The notes under the pieces: generated by a model
The model's input: only the letters and a program-made list of their open reading frames with translations
Told to the model about the DNA's origin: nothing
The model's database searches: none
Shown here: in pieces, positions 35,102-44,331 of the stretch
Layout: every line of letters begins with the position of its first letter
Numbering within the stretch: the first letter of the stretch is position 1
Position numbers and translations under genes: made by a program
DNA from: a virus
Lineage: Duplodnaviria; Caudoviricetes
Virus record (IMG/VR): IMGVR_UViG_3300032253_000001
Location: 1 to 46,750 of that record
Length of the DNA: 46,750 nucleotides
Reading direction: 5' to 3' (one strand)

Positions 35102-37438
35102 TCAGTCGCCCTGACCCTCTTCGTCTTTTTTCCAGCGATCCAAGTCTGTGACGACTTCGCCGCGCAACTTGGCGTTCGCGTCCAGCCAAGGGGCGGCAGC
35201 CGGTCCTCGACGGTATCGGCGAACGTTTTTCTGGTGCCCGGCGGACGCCAAGACGACCCACCCGGCGGCCTGAATGGCCTCCGTCATGGCGTGTACATCC
35301 GACCTCGGAATGCGCTTCGCGGAGGGGTCCATGGCCGTCTGGTAGATCTCCATCATCGTGGGGCATTTCGACGCCAGCAGGGGGTGATCCTCCGTCACCC
35401 TGAGGGCCTTCTCCACGCTGGCGTTGAAGGGGTTATCCTTGCAGGCTCCCTCCTGCGCCCTGATCACGTCCTCGTACAGCTGCCGGTCCCCCGGCACCCT
35501 GTCGTAGTCGAACCACCACGTCTCCCCCGCCTCGTAGGCCGCGCGGGCCTCGGCCCAGATCTGCAGCCTGACGTCGCGCAGGCCGCGCACGTTGAAGCGA
35601 CCCTCCGCCAGCACGGGCCAGAAGCGGCGGTTGCCCGTGCTGTCGGTCAGGAACTGCATGTGATTGGTGGTGGCGGCGAAGACCGTGCGCCGCTGCACGG
35701 TGACCGCCTTCGAGGTGTAGGGCACCCTGTAGCGATCCGAGGTGGTGCTGATGAAGCTCTTGACGTGTTCCGCATCCGCCTTGCCAATTGCCGTCATCTC
35801 GGCCACCTCGGCGATCCAGATCCCGGCCAGCCACTCCTTGGCCGCCTTGTCCGAGGCCCCCGCACCCACCTTGGGCATATCGTCGCCGAAGAGCTGGCCG
35901 TCGGCCCCCGGGGCCACGCTGCCCGCCAGAGCCGCGAGGAGACTGCTCTTGCCCTCCCTATGCACGCCCTGCGCCCCCTTGATCACGAGGATGTTGTCCA
36001 GCTTGCAGCCCGGTCTCATGGCCCGCGCGACGCAGGCGATCAGCCACTTGCGCGACACGGATCTGACATAGGCCTCGCTATGCGTGCCGTCCGCCGTGGC
36101 CCCGCCGTAATCAAGCAGCCACGCGTCGATCCTAGGCTCGCCGTCCCACTCCGGCAGATCGGCGAACATGGCGTGCAGGGGATCCCACGGATGCTCACCC
36201 GCCGCCATGCCCACGCCGTCCCGCGTGGCCTCCTTTCCGAAGGGCTGACCCATCCAGTCCTCCATATCGTAGTTGATATGCGAGCAGAGCAGGAGGTCGT
36301 CCACGTCCGTCATCTGTCGGGGGAAGCCCTCGCCGGGAGGGAAGATGCCCCCGCCGTCGTCCATCAGCCACGGGTGGTGCTGCATGCTGTTCAGGCGGAT
36401 GGTGCCCTCCATATGCTGGGCGATCCAGTGCGCGATGTTGGTGTAGACGTTTTTCACATTGCCGTTGGCCGCCGTCAGGTAGCCACGGGCCACGGGCGGG
36501 CGGTGTACCACTGTTTCCGTCTGCGGCAGGTCAGCGCCCAGCGCCTGAAGGCGATCCGCCACGTCGGAGGCCACGTCGCCCACCTCACGCGGCTCCAGCG
36601 CCGCCTCGTGGTGCGTGTGATCCGTCATGCTGTCCCAGACGGCCACTCCCCCCTGTGTGTCCAGCGTGGCGCTGCAGCGACGCGTATTGCGTGCCACGGA
36701 GCCGTCCAGCCACGACGCCGACAGATAGTAGTAACCCCCGCCTCCCAGCCGCTCGCGCAGCTCGTCGAGGCTCAGCTCGCCGTCCTCCCGCGTGGCGAAG
36801 GTCATTTCAGGCCCCAGATCCCAGATCTGCGAGGCCGAGGTGCGCTCCACGTCCTCACCCCGCACGCGCTCGAAGCGAGCGTCCAGCCAGAGGTAGCAGA
36901 AGCGGGCGATCTCCTCGAAGCGACCTAGGCTCAACTCGGGCAGATCCGCCAGTCGTGTATCGAGGGGGCTGCCGTCCAGCCACTGGTACTCCAGTACGCC
37001 CTTGGTGTGCCAGCCCATCGCCCCGAACTGGCGCGGGCTCTCGCCGCCGAAGATCTCCACGGTAAGGCCCTCGCCGCCGTCCGTGTACGTGGCCGTGGCG
37101 ATCCTGCCGAAGGGCTCGGCTGTGCGCACGAACCACGCCTCCTTGAAGCCCTTGCCTCCCCGGTAGAGGGCGCTCTGGAGTTCGGGGAAGGCATCGAGCA
37201 GGCTCTCGTACAACTCACCGGCCTCGTTCACGTTGGTGTCGAAGTCCAGAGCCGCCAGCCCGTTCTGCAGGCGTAGGCCCGTGGCCTCGAAGGCCGACAT
37301 ACGATCCCAACGCCGTATTTCGGCCTCCGTGATCTCGATGGATGACCAGCCGGGAAACTGGCAGAGCTTGTCCACATTCGGAAGCACGGCCCAGCCATTT
37401 CTGAAAGCCCGCAGGCGGTCGTCGGTACGCGCGTTCAT
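35102..37438 (-). CDS. primase-helicase (Prim-Pol-like N-terminus + VapE/VirE-like ATPase)
   Basis: TGLRL..LAALDFD; WDGEPRID, VARAMRPGCKLD, GAQG....GKS, EVAEM, DRYRVPY, FLTDSTGNRRFWPV. Confidence 0.88.
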   Translation of the reverse strand: MNARTDDRLRAFRNGWAVLPNVDKLCQFPGWSSIEITEAEIRRWDRMSAFEATGLRLQNGLAALDFDTNVNEAGELYESLLDAFPELQSALYRGGKGFKEAWFVRTAEPFGRIATATYTDGGEGLTVEIFGGESPRQFGAMGWHTKGVLEYQWLDGSPLDTRLADLPELSLGRFEEIARFCYLWLDARFERVRGEDVERTSASQIWDLGPEMTFATREDGELSLDELRERLGGGGYYYLSASWLDGSVARNTRRCSATLDTQGGVAVWDSMTDHTHHEAALEPREVGDVASDVADRLQALGADLPQTETVVHRPPVARGYLTAANGNVKNVYTNIAHWIAQHMEGTIRLNSMQHHPWLMDDGGGIFPPGEGFPRQMTDVDDLLLCSHINYDMEDWMGQPFGKEATRDGVGMAAGEHPWDPLHAMFADLPEWDGEPRIDAWLLDYGGATADGTHSEAYVRSVSRKWLIACVARAMRPGCKLDNILVIKGAQGVHREGKSSLLAALAGSVAPGADGQLFGDDMPKVGAGASDKAAKEWLAGIWIAEVAEMTAIGKADAEHVKSFISTTSDRYRVPYTSKAVTVQRRTVFAATTNHMQFLTDSTGNRRFWPVLAEGRFNVRGLRDVRLQIWAEARAAYEAGETWWFDYDRVPGDRQLYEDVIRAQEGACKDNPFNASVEKALRVTEDHPLLASKCPTMMEIYQTAMDPSAKRIPRSDVHAMTEAIQAAGWVVLASAGHQKNVRRYRRGPAAAPWLDANAKLRGEVVTDLDRWKKDEEGQGD

Positions 37439-38064
37439 CGGGCACCCCCTTCCGACACGTAGGACCAGAGCCTCCCGGCTCGAATGGCCTTCACTGTAGA
37501 GTTCGACACCCCGAACTCCCGCGCGAGAGATGACGACGGCTTACCCTTTCGTGACAGTATGGACACCACCTGCGCCTCTTTCAGCATACAGTTTGGGTTC
37601 GCTTCACCGGGCAACGAACCGCCTGCGGCACGCCCCTTCGCCACTGCGTCTCGCATGTTGTCGATGTGGGTGCCCAAGAAGAGATGGTCAGCGTTGCAGC
37701 ACAGGGGATTATCGCATTTATGTAGGACGTGCATGCCGTCGGGGATGGAGCCGTTCGCGCGCACCCAAGCGAACCTGTGCGCACGAACGGTCTGGCCTCC
37801 GGTGCGCATTGCGCCGTACCCCTTCTGCGTGGCCCCGATCCAGTTCATGCAGCCGGTTTCAGGATCGTATAACGTGCGGGCCTCGAACGCTGCGTCGGGG
37901 TCACCCACGAAGTGGGGGGTAGCCCCGCCTGTCGGCGTTCCATGCCTGCGCTGCCGTAGGTAGTGCGCGTTGCACAAACCGTATTTCTTCACGTGGATCA
38001 GGCTTTGGCACCCTTTTACGGTGCATGTGTCGCGTGTCAGTCTGTCTTCGGTGCGCTGGTGCAT
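37435..38064 (-). CDS. free-standing HNH endonuclease
   Basis: C..C...LCNAHY.R.RRHG, GCMNWIG...GYG, AHR, VLHKCDNPLCCNADHLFLGTHIDNMRD; C-terminal HTH-like LAREFGVS. Confidence 0.9.
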   Translation of the reverse strand: MHQRTEDRLTRDTCTVKGCQSLIHVKKYGLCNAHYLRQRRHGTPTGGATPHFVGDPDAAFEARTLYDPETGCMNWIGATQKGYGAMRTGGQTVRAHRFAWVRANGSIPDGMHVLHKCDNPLCCNADHLFLGTHIDNMRDAVAKGRAAGGSLPGEANPNCMLKEAQVVSILSRKGKPSSSLAREFGVSNSTVKAIRAGRLWSYVSEGGAR

Positions 38065-38184
38065 CTCTCAGCGGCTCCTGTATGTTGCGGTCGTTGACGA
38101 CCTGTGTGATAGCCGTTGCGCCCGCACCCATCATCTTGTATGAAGATCGCAGACGTGTCAGTCTCATTGGTGCCCTGCACCGGA

Positions 38185-38218
38185 AGGCCCCGCCCATAAA
38201 ACAGGCGGGGCCTTTTTC
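38185..38218. terminator. GC-rich stem-loop, possible terminator
   Basis: AAGGCCCCGCC-CATAAAACA-GGCGGGGCCTTTTT; the T-tract is on the + strand. Confidence 0.45.
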
Positions 38219-38239
38219 GTATCACGCTTGTCGGTTCCG

Positions 38240-38584
38240 TCAAAGTGACCTGTGACGTCGCGCCAGTACGACCCGGCGACACCTGAGCACGGAGCGTAGC
38301 TCTCCCGTCGATAGCTCGCACCAAAGTCTGGCGTAGCCCCCCGTCAGCACGACGAAGCCGGAAGGCAATTCGATTGCCTTCGGCCTGCGGGCCCCACCGA
38401 AAGTGCCGAAGCGAAGACGCAGATCGTCGTTCGATGCGCCGTATGATGTCACAGCGGGACCGACTGCGTATTCTCCGCGCGCGAAGACGCGGTCTCGCTC
38501 GAAGCGGCGGCTCAAGTCACCCATCGTCATCACAGCGGCCCTCCACAGTAGCGGCACACGTGCCCCCGCCCCCTTGCTCCGCAC
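38240..38584 (-). CDS. hypothetical protein (start uncertain)
   Basis: Only sizeable co-oriented ORF in the gap. Confidence 0.4.
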   Translation of the reverse strand: MRSKGAGARVPLLWRAAVMTMGDLSRRFERDRVFARGEYAVGPAVTSYGASNDDLRLRFGTFGGARRPKAIELPSGFVVLTGGYARLWCELSTGELRSVLRCRRVVLARRHRSL

Positions 38585-38647
38585 CCTCTTTACACAGACG
38601 CTGCAGGATGGCCTCTACCAGCCTGTCAATCTCTTGTTGATCGCAGC

Positions 38648-38863
38648 TCATATCACCCACCCCACAAGAATGATCGCGATGTTCAGCATGATGCCGCCGA
38701 GGATCAGGCGCAGATAGATGGGCCAGCGCTCGTAGTAGAAATTACGCCAGTAGCTGTCGAAGCCCGTGGCGTAGGCCAGCAGGGAGACCGCCGTATCGCC
38801 AATCAGAGCGAGGCCGAGGAAGAGCGCGGGGATGGCGAGGAGGTAAAAGAGGATTTCAGTCAT
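38648..38863 (-). CDS. small membrane protein
   Basis: Two hydrophobic segments; overlaps the previous stop; SD GGGAG. Confidence 0.7.
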   Translation of the reverse strand: MTEILFYLLAIPALFLGLALIGDTAVSLLAYATGFDSYWRNFYYERWPIYLRLILGGIMLNIAIILVGWVI

Positions 38864-39383
38864 GATCGTGGCTCCCTCTCAGTTCGTCGCCCGTGGCTCC
38901 GGGACCGAAAGTGACGCGCGGCGCTAGTTTTTGCCGGGCCGCGCGCGCCATATCCGCGAGCACAGTGTCGGGTAAAACAGGGAGCCGGACCTCCTGCTGG
39001 CCCAGAGCCGCCCCCAGAACCTCCTCGAAGACAGCCATCGAAGGCGTGGTGCCGCACTCCATCTCACCGGGGCGGTCGTCCCGGCCCGTGCCCCGCGCCT
39101 CGTAGGCGATCAGGAATGCAATGCAGCAACCGGCGTGCCAGAGGTGGCTCATGCCCGTCTCTAGGTCGCAGTCCTGACCGCCCCACCACGCCGCCATGTG
39201 GCGCTCCAAAGCGGCGTAGAGGCGGCTCCAGTCCATGCCCAGTTCCCAGTTGCGGTCGCTATACTTGCCCGCGCCATAACTCAGCACGGCGGCCACGGCG
39301 GCCCCCAGCTCGGGGGGCAGCAGCTCGTAGCGCAGCTTTTGCCGGTCGTCCTTGCGACCCTCCAGCCTCTTCGCGTCTTCCAT
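38856..39383 (-). CDS. DUF5664-like dATP/dGTP pyrophosphohydrolase
   Basis: GRKDD..KLRYELLP, YGAGKYSDRNWELGM, ALERH..W..G.D.D.ETG.SHL.HA. Confidence 0.8.
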   Translation of the reverse strand: MEDAKRLEGRKDDRQKLRYELLPPELGAAVAAVLSYGAGKYSDRNWELGMDWSRLYAALERHMAAWWGGQDCDLETGMSHLWHAGCCIAFLIAYEARGTGRDDRPGEMECGTTPSMAVFEEVLGAALGQQEVRLPVLPDTVLADMARAARQKLAPRVTFGPGATGDELRGSHDHD

Positions 39384-39384
39384 G

Positions 39385-41220
39385 TCAGTCTCCTACTTTG
39401 GTGTAATAGTCGTTCTGCGTCGTCTCCGCTACCATGGGCAGACCCTCGGCCCACTTGGGTAGGGTCTCCATGGCCAGCTTCAGGCGGATCTCGGCCTCGT
39501 CCGCGTGGCGCTCGGGCACCAGCTGGCCAATCTCGTCGTGCGTGTGCAGGATCGTCTCGGCCCAACTCCAGTCGCGCTTCTCCAGATCCACCAGCGTGTG
39601 GCGGAGGAGCGACCCTGCGGTGCCCTGTGTGACGTTCTCACAGTTATGTACGATCAGCGGCCCCGCATCACCTCTGACCACGAAGCGCGATCTGGGTCCG
39701 GCGTTGACGATGTCATAGACAGGCCGCGCACCCATCGGTACCGCAGCGTGCTCTCCGCCAGCCCCGTCATCCGCTGCGCCGCCGGGATGTCCACGGGCAG
39801 TGAGTTGCGCCGGTTCCTCGCCTGCTCCTCGCGGGTCGCCCAACAGCAGTTCTCGGGTGTGTAGTCGCCCCCGTTGTCGATCCGCTCCAGCGTGAGACCT
39901 CGTCGGTACGAAGGCCCCATGTCCCGCCAAAAAACCTCGAAAGTCTGCCAGCGTGTGCAGACAGAGATGCCCCGCCCACCGTAGTTGTGCCACGCCTGAT
40001 GCGAGGGCAGCCTGCAGCGGTCTAGCATGGACCGCCACACCGCGTAGGCGGGGTGCGACGTCATCCCGTGGGTGCATATGCTGCTGCCGATCAGAGCGCC
40101 AGTCATGCAGCCGCAGGATTTTGGCGATGGAGGCCGGTTGCCCCGCAGCCAGCCCGAGCTGTCGTACAAGTCGAGCGAGCCGCACACGCACCTCGCCCAC
40201 CACTGTGCGCTCCTGCCGTGACCAGCCGGAGGTCCGAGTGACACGACCGTCAGGTAGCCGAACGCTCGGCCTGCCAAATCGTTTACAATCCTGCGCCGCT
40301 TTCCATCCGTCATCCGTCATCACCTCGTGCCCTCGTGTCATCATGACACCGTCCACGGGCATGGTAAGGTCATAACCATTAAAACTCAACCCCCCGTGCC
40401 GCACCCACTCGACGCCGTCCCACAGCCTGTCGGAGAGCTGGACGTCAGTCAGCTGCACCCAGCCTCTGTCGGTCAGGACGTCCGTGCCACCCTCCAGACA
40501 GAGCGTGCCGTGCCAGAGGCTCTTGCGCTCGTAGCCGGAGGTGTAGCGGATCTTCACCTCCCTCACCTCCTCGCCTGTCTCCTCGTCCTCGTACTTGACT
40601 ATCTCCCGGCGTAGGGCAGGGTATGTAATGGCGCGTCCGTCGGGCAGGTAGCAAAACATGCAGCCGCGCAGAATAGAGGGCAGAAAGACGTAGCTGACGC
40701 GGCCCGCACTCTGGATCTCACCCGGATTATCCCACGCCTTCTGAAAGGCGCGCATCAGCTCGGCCCAGAAGTCCACGGCCCACTGGTTGTTTTGCCGCCA
40801 ACGGCTGACAACCATGGCCTTGAAGTCCTCCTCGAGGTGCAGGCCGTAGCCCGTGGCCATGGCCGTGAGAGCGCCCGCGCCGCCCCCGAAACCCAAAGCC
40901 AAAACACTCACCTTACCCACCTGACGCTCCCCCTTGTCTACGTCCGTGGCTGGCTTGTCGTAGATCCCTCCGGCTTCGACCCTGTAGATGTCGGGCAGGG
41001 AGGGATCGGCGTCGTTGGTGCGGAAGATGTCCAACACGCGATCTGCGGCCTTGGTGTTGGCCAGCCACGGCAGCACGCGGGCCTCAATGGCAGACCAGTC
41101 GCCCCAGACCAGCTTGTACCCCTCGGGGGCCACGATCTGGGGGCGGATCAGGCGGCTCACGGCCCTGCTGGTGGGCCCGAAGCGAGCCTCGAAGTCGGTG
41201 ACGGTGTCAGTCGTAATCAT
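39385..41220 (-). CDS. Family A DNA polymerase, C-terminal half (palm/fingers), intein-containing
   Basis: Motif A DWSAIEAR, motif [21 protein letters not shown], motif C HTHDE; own SD GAGGAG; 325 aa after intein removal. Confidence 0.9.
   Translation of the reverse strand: MITTDTVTDFEARFGPTSRAVSRLIRPQIVAPEGYKLVWGDWSAIEARVLPWLANTKAADRVLDIFRTNDADPSLPDIYRVEAGGIYDKPATDVDKGERQVGKVSVLALGFGGGAGALTAMATGYGLHLEEDFKAMVVSRWRQNNQWAVDFWAELMRAFQKAWDNPGEIQSAGRVSYVFLPSILRGCMFCYLPDGRAITYPALRREIVKYEDEETGEEVREVKIRYTSGYERKSLWHGTLCLEGGTDVLTDRGWVQLTDVQLSDRLWDGVEWVRHGGLSFNGYDLTMPVDGVMMTRGHEVMTDDGWKAAQDCKRFGRPSVRLPDGRVTRTSGWSRQERTVVGEVRVRLARLVRQLGLAAGQPASIAKILRLHDWRSDRQQHMHPRDDVAPRLRGVAVHARPLQAALASGVAQLRWAGHLCLHTLADFRGFLAGHGAFVPTRSHAGADRQRGRLHTRELLLGDPRGAGEEPAQLTARGHPGGAADDGAGGEHAAVPMGARPVYDIVNAGPRSRFVVRGDAGPLIVHNCENVTQGTAGSLLRHTLVDLEKRDWSWAETILHTHDEIGQLVPERHADEAEIRLKLAMETLPKWAEGLPMVAETTQNDYYTKVGD
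39643..40500 (-). mobile_element. intein (286 aa) in the DNA polymerase
   Basis: Starts [14 protein letters not shown]; block B TRGHEV; block [10 protein letters not shown]; ends IVHN followed by +1 Cys. Splicing restores WHGTL-CENVTQG. Confidence 0.93.
39654..40313 (-). CDS. HNH endonuclease nested in the +1 frame of the intein
   Basis: [59 protein letters not shown]; SD GAGGTG 7 nt before ATG 40313. Confidence 0.88.
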   Translation of the reverse strand: MTDGKRRRIVNDLAGRAFGYLTVVSLGPPAGHGRSAQWWARCVCGSLDLYDSSGWLRGNRPPSPKSCGCMTGALIGSSICTHGMTSHPAYAVWRSMLDRCRLPSHQAWHNYGGRGISVCTRWQTFEVFWRDMGPSYRRGLTLERIDNGGDYTPENCCWATREEQARNRRNSLPVDIPAAQRMTGLAESTLRYRWVRGLSMTSSTPDPDRASWSEVMRGR

Positions 41221-41294
41221 GGTTTAAGTTCTCCTCAGTGCGGCCATATCACCCTTTTTGGGTGTGACGTCCCGTACGATGCAGGGACATTGCG

Positions 41295-41645
41295 TCAGTC
41301 CTCCTGCGCGATCAGGGCCTTTAGGATAGCGATTAACCACGCTCGGGCGGGATCAGGCGCTTCTCCCTGTTGGGTAAGGCGGCTGTATTTTTGGTCTCTC
41401 GGGGTGACATGACCACGACCCCAAGATGCCCAGACCCAACCCCATCCCGGCAGAACAGCCTCGTGCAGTGCCTTGGCTGCGTCTAGTGAGCCTGAAAATG
41501 CACCATACGCTGTCTTAATGATCGGCAACTCGGTGTCCAACTGAACTCGATATAGACCAATTTCGCGGGCGTCACCATCCGCCGGAAACTCTCCCGCATC
41601 AACCATCGCCAACAGGTCCGTTAGCGCTTCCTTGCGATCACTCAT
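41295..41645 (-). CDS. hypothetical phage protein (ABA-sandwich-like)
   Basis: SLDAAKALHEAVLPGW...PARAWLIAILKAL. Confidence 0.7.
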   Translation of the reverse strand: MSDRKEALTDLLAMVDAGEFPADGDAREIGLYRVQLDTELPIIKTAYGAFSGSLDAAKALHEAVLPGWGWVWASWGRGHVTPRDQKYSRLTQQGEAPDPARAWLIAILKALIAQED

Positions 41646-42306
41646 GGCGATCACCGGAGAGGGCGCGGAGAATTTGCGAGAACCAATGACGAACTGGTGT
41701 TTCCTGCGTTATGTTGACATGCGCGGAAATCAGTTCGTTCGCCGTAATCATGTCGCTATCAATCCAGTCAGCCACAACGATAGCCGCCTCCTGCACTGTC
41801 ATGCCTTTCGACCTCGGCGGGTTGTCTTCTACCGGACCAACCCGCCATATTTCCTTAATGCCGACCCGCTCTGCCCGGCGAATAAAGCAGATCGGGCAGA
41901 TAATGCCGCCGGGATCGTCCTTGCAATCTTCGCCGCCCATGACACGGTTCCAGAGATCATGCGGCGCGAACCATACTGGATTTTCCCCGCCGCACTCTTG
42001 ACATCCTGTTTCATCAGGTGGCGTGAAGGTGGGCTGGTCGATAGGGGAGAGGGCGCGGATTGCGTCACCTACGCGTTCGGATAAAAAGTGCCCGCTTGGG
42101 AGTATGCAAGTTGACGTTTTGTCCGCGCACTCCGCCGCCTCTCTCAGCCCCGCCTGCCGTCCTTCTTCGCGGGCCGCTGCGACCCGATCGGCGCGGATAT
42201 AAAGGACATCATCGCGCATGTCGGCGCGCGCGCTACCTACCTCATCAAATACATGGTAGCCTTCTGGGTCTCGCAAAACCCAAATCCGGTGCGATGCTTT
42301 ACTCAT
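41638..42306 (-). CDS. hypothetical protein with CxxC pairs
   Basis: YIRAD, GLREAA, CQECG...W...ICPICF; SD GAGG. Confidence 0.7.
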   Translation of the reverse strand: MSKASHRIWVLRDPEGYHVFDEVGSARADMRDDVLYIRADRVAAAREEGRQAGLREAAECADKTSTCILPSGHFLSERVGDAIRALSPIDQPTFTPPDETGCQECGGENPVWFAPHDLWNRVMGGEDCKDDPGGIICPICFIRRAERVGIKEIWRVGPVEDNPPRSKGMTVQEAAIVVADWIDSDMITANELISAHVNITQETPVRHWFSQILRALSGDRHE

Positions 42307-42520
42307 GTCTTATCCTCACGTATCGATGTTTCAAAATACTGCGCGGTAGCTATTTTCCCACAAGCGATGCAACGCCATTGGCCAAACCTGCCGCGCAGTT
42401 GAATAACCACATGCAAGCACGCCCCCGGTCTTTTCAGTCATTCTGAGCCTCCGCAAATAGGACAACGGCAATTGTCGGGATGTTTTCGCGGCGACATTGG
42501 CTTTCCCTTCGGTACGGGCA

Positions 42521-42955
42521 TCACACTCCCTCCTGTTTCGGCAGACCAAATGCGGCCATGATCTGGGCGGTGTAGTGGGCTTGGGCGGCCTTCTTCGCGT
42601 TGGCCTTGCTGTTTCTTCCCAAAGCACCTGCGCATCCCTTGAACGTGTATTCTTGGTCTTCTCTGGCTGTTAAATGAAACCACATCCAAGTGCCATGGAT
42701 GTTGCCAATCGAGAATGTGCCCAGCGGGGTATCGCACCACATGTCCTTGCGATTATATCGAAACTCCCACTCCAACGGCTTAATCATCCCCGGCAGGGCG
42801 GCAATGATAGCGTCGGCGCGTTTGCGGGCTTCGTCCTGTGCGAAAGAATTACCGCCATCAAACCATGCGGGACAAATATTTCCACTGCCGTCCTCATACG
42901 CCCAAGCCATAGATGCGTAGACGTGTTTAGCCAGTTCTTCGCGCATATCAGTCAT
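42521..42955 (-). CDS. hypothetical protein
   Basis: GNSFAQDEARKRAD, IKPLEW, AKKAAQAHY; ATGA-coupled to the upstream gene. Confidence 0.7.
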   Translation of the reverse strand: MTDMREELAKHVYASMAWAYEDGSGNICPAWFDGGNSFAQDEARKRADAIIAALPGMIKPLEWEFRYNRKDMWCDTPLGTFSIGNIHGTWMWFHLTAREDQEYTFKGCAGALGRNSKANAKKAAQAHYTAQIMAAFGLPKQEGV

Positions 42956-43224
42956 TGGCCGGTTCCTTTCAAGACAGGCCATACATCGCCTGTAGACATA
43001 ACGAACTTTGCCTGAATGTCCTGCAACGCTCTGCTGAACACCACTACAGTGTCGGACACAGGCGAGTAGGCCACCAGCGGCACAAGATCGCCAACGCGCA
43101 AGGCGTGACCGCGAACGATGTATTCATTTCCCGTTCGGACGTGACGGATGATACGTCCCTGCGGCACCAAGCGGTTAGCCGCGCACATCCGCGCTTGCAA
43201 TTCTTCGATACTCTCGCGCTTCAT
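42952..43224 (-). CDS. hypothetical protein (DUF1653-like)
   Basis: RHVRTGNEY.V...A...LVAY...FSR...KF; SD AAGGAGG. Confidence 0.65.
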   Translation of the reverse strand: MKRESIEELQARMCAANRLVPQGRIIRHVRTGNEYIVRGHALRVGDLVPLVAYSPVSDTVVVFSRALQDIQAKFVMSTGDVWPVLKGTGQ

Positions 43225-43297
43225 TGGTCGGTTCCTCCTTTCATTCTGCGAGCCAGACGGGGGAGGGGCCAACCCGACCCGCAAGCGACCGGGGCCG

Positions 43298-43669
43298 CTA
43301 TTCAGTCGTCCCACCCCCCGACAGGTCGCTCAGATACGCTTCGATCTTCGCTCGAGCCTCCTGATCCAGTTGCATCGCCTCGATCAGCAGGCGGAACTCG
43401 CCCAGCTTCCAGACGACGTGGACCTCATGCCCCAGCTCGCGCAGGCGCGCGATGCGCAACTCCTGCTGGCGGCTCAGCCGACCCTTCTCATCCTTGACCT
43501 CGATCCACCAGACGCGGCCATTAGGCAGCACCAGCAGGCGATCAGGCCAGCCGCGCCGACCCTTGATCTCGATCTTCAGAGCCTCCCCGCCCAGCTTCTT
43601 CTCTGTGAGAGAGACGATCTGCTGTTCGAGGTAGCTTTCTGGCTGTTTTTTCGGCTTCGGTGTTGACAT
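43298..43669 (-). CDS. VRR-NUC nuclease
   Basis: E..LE...GWPDRL...WIEVK...GRLS..Q...I.RLRELG. Confidence 0.9.
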   Translation of the reverse strand: MSTPKPKKQPESYLEQQIVSLTEKKLGGEALKIEIKGRRGWPDRLLVLPNGRVWWIEVKDEKGRLSRQQELRIARLRELGHEVHVVWKLGEFRLLIEAMQLDQEARAKIEAYLSDLSGGGTTE

Positions 43670-43729
43670 GATAGTCAGCGCTCCGTAAAAGGTGGGCCAC
43701 AGGTGACCCCTTATAAGGCCCCACCAACT

Positions 43730-44047
43730 ATGAAGTCAACAGCTAAAACCCCGCTTCAGGAGGCCCTGCCGGACCGCCCGGACAAGAGGCGAAAATTCAC
43801 GCTTAGCGACGAGGCCTACCTGCGCCTGTCCTGCGAGGCGGACACAACGGGCGTCTACATCAGCGAGGTTCTGGAAGATTTGATCATGACAGCTTTGGAC
43901 CCGCCGCCCGTCGGATACGAACCATCAGGCCGCAAGGGCAAACGACGCTACAGCCGGGCGCTGGCCCGGCGGCGCTACGCCCGGGATCCCAAGGCCCCCG
44001 CCACACGAGACACGAAACTGGAAGACGCTCTGAAGGGAGAGATCTAA
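43730..44047 (+). CDS. ribbon-helix-helix-like DNA-binding protein
   Basis: KRRKFTLSDEAYLRL..EA...G..ISEVLEDLI; first gene of the divergent operon. Confidence 0.55.
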   Translation: MKSTAKTPLQEALPDRPDKRRKFTLSDEAYLRLSCEADTTGVYISEVLEDLIMTALDPPPVGYEPSGRKGKRRYSRALARRRYARDPKAPATRDTKLEDALKGEI

Positions 44048-44307
44048 TGAGACAATCAATGTTTGGTGACTTCTTTGTCACCGATGCCAACGAGGATATC
44101 CTCGACGTTCTGGTGGCGCGAGAGGTTGAGCTGGATGACTGCTTCGCCGACGTCGAGGAAGACGGCGAGGGCGGATATGCCGTCGCGATCCGTGACAACG
44201 AGACGGGCGAGGAGGTCCTCCAGACCGACACGGGACTGTTCGCTGACGTGGGTGCCGCCCGCTCATGGGCTGCCAAATGGGTCAGTGACGTCAACATCAA
44301 CGTGTGA
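44047..44307 (+). CDS. small acidic hypothetical protein
   Basis: About 21 D/E versus 5 K/R in 86 aa; SD GGAG. Confidence 0.7.
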   Translation: MRQSMFGDFFVTDANEDILDVLVAREVELDDCFADVEEDGEGGYAVAIRDNETGEEVLQTDTGLFADVGAARSWAAKWVSDVNINV

Positions 44308-44331
44308 TCGCACGGGAGAGGAAACCACCAC

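Noticed and set aside
35234-36928. Long antisense ORFs (also 44263-45783, 23694-24860, 2891-3955, 5921-6757)
   Set aside because: These are shadow ORFs opposite real genes in high-GC DNA with no recognisable motifs, unlike the nested HNH ORF.
38856-39383. 2-aminoadenine (Z) genome or 7-deazaguanine pathway
   Set aside because: I recognised no PurZ, DatZ, DpdA or Que genes.
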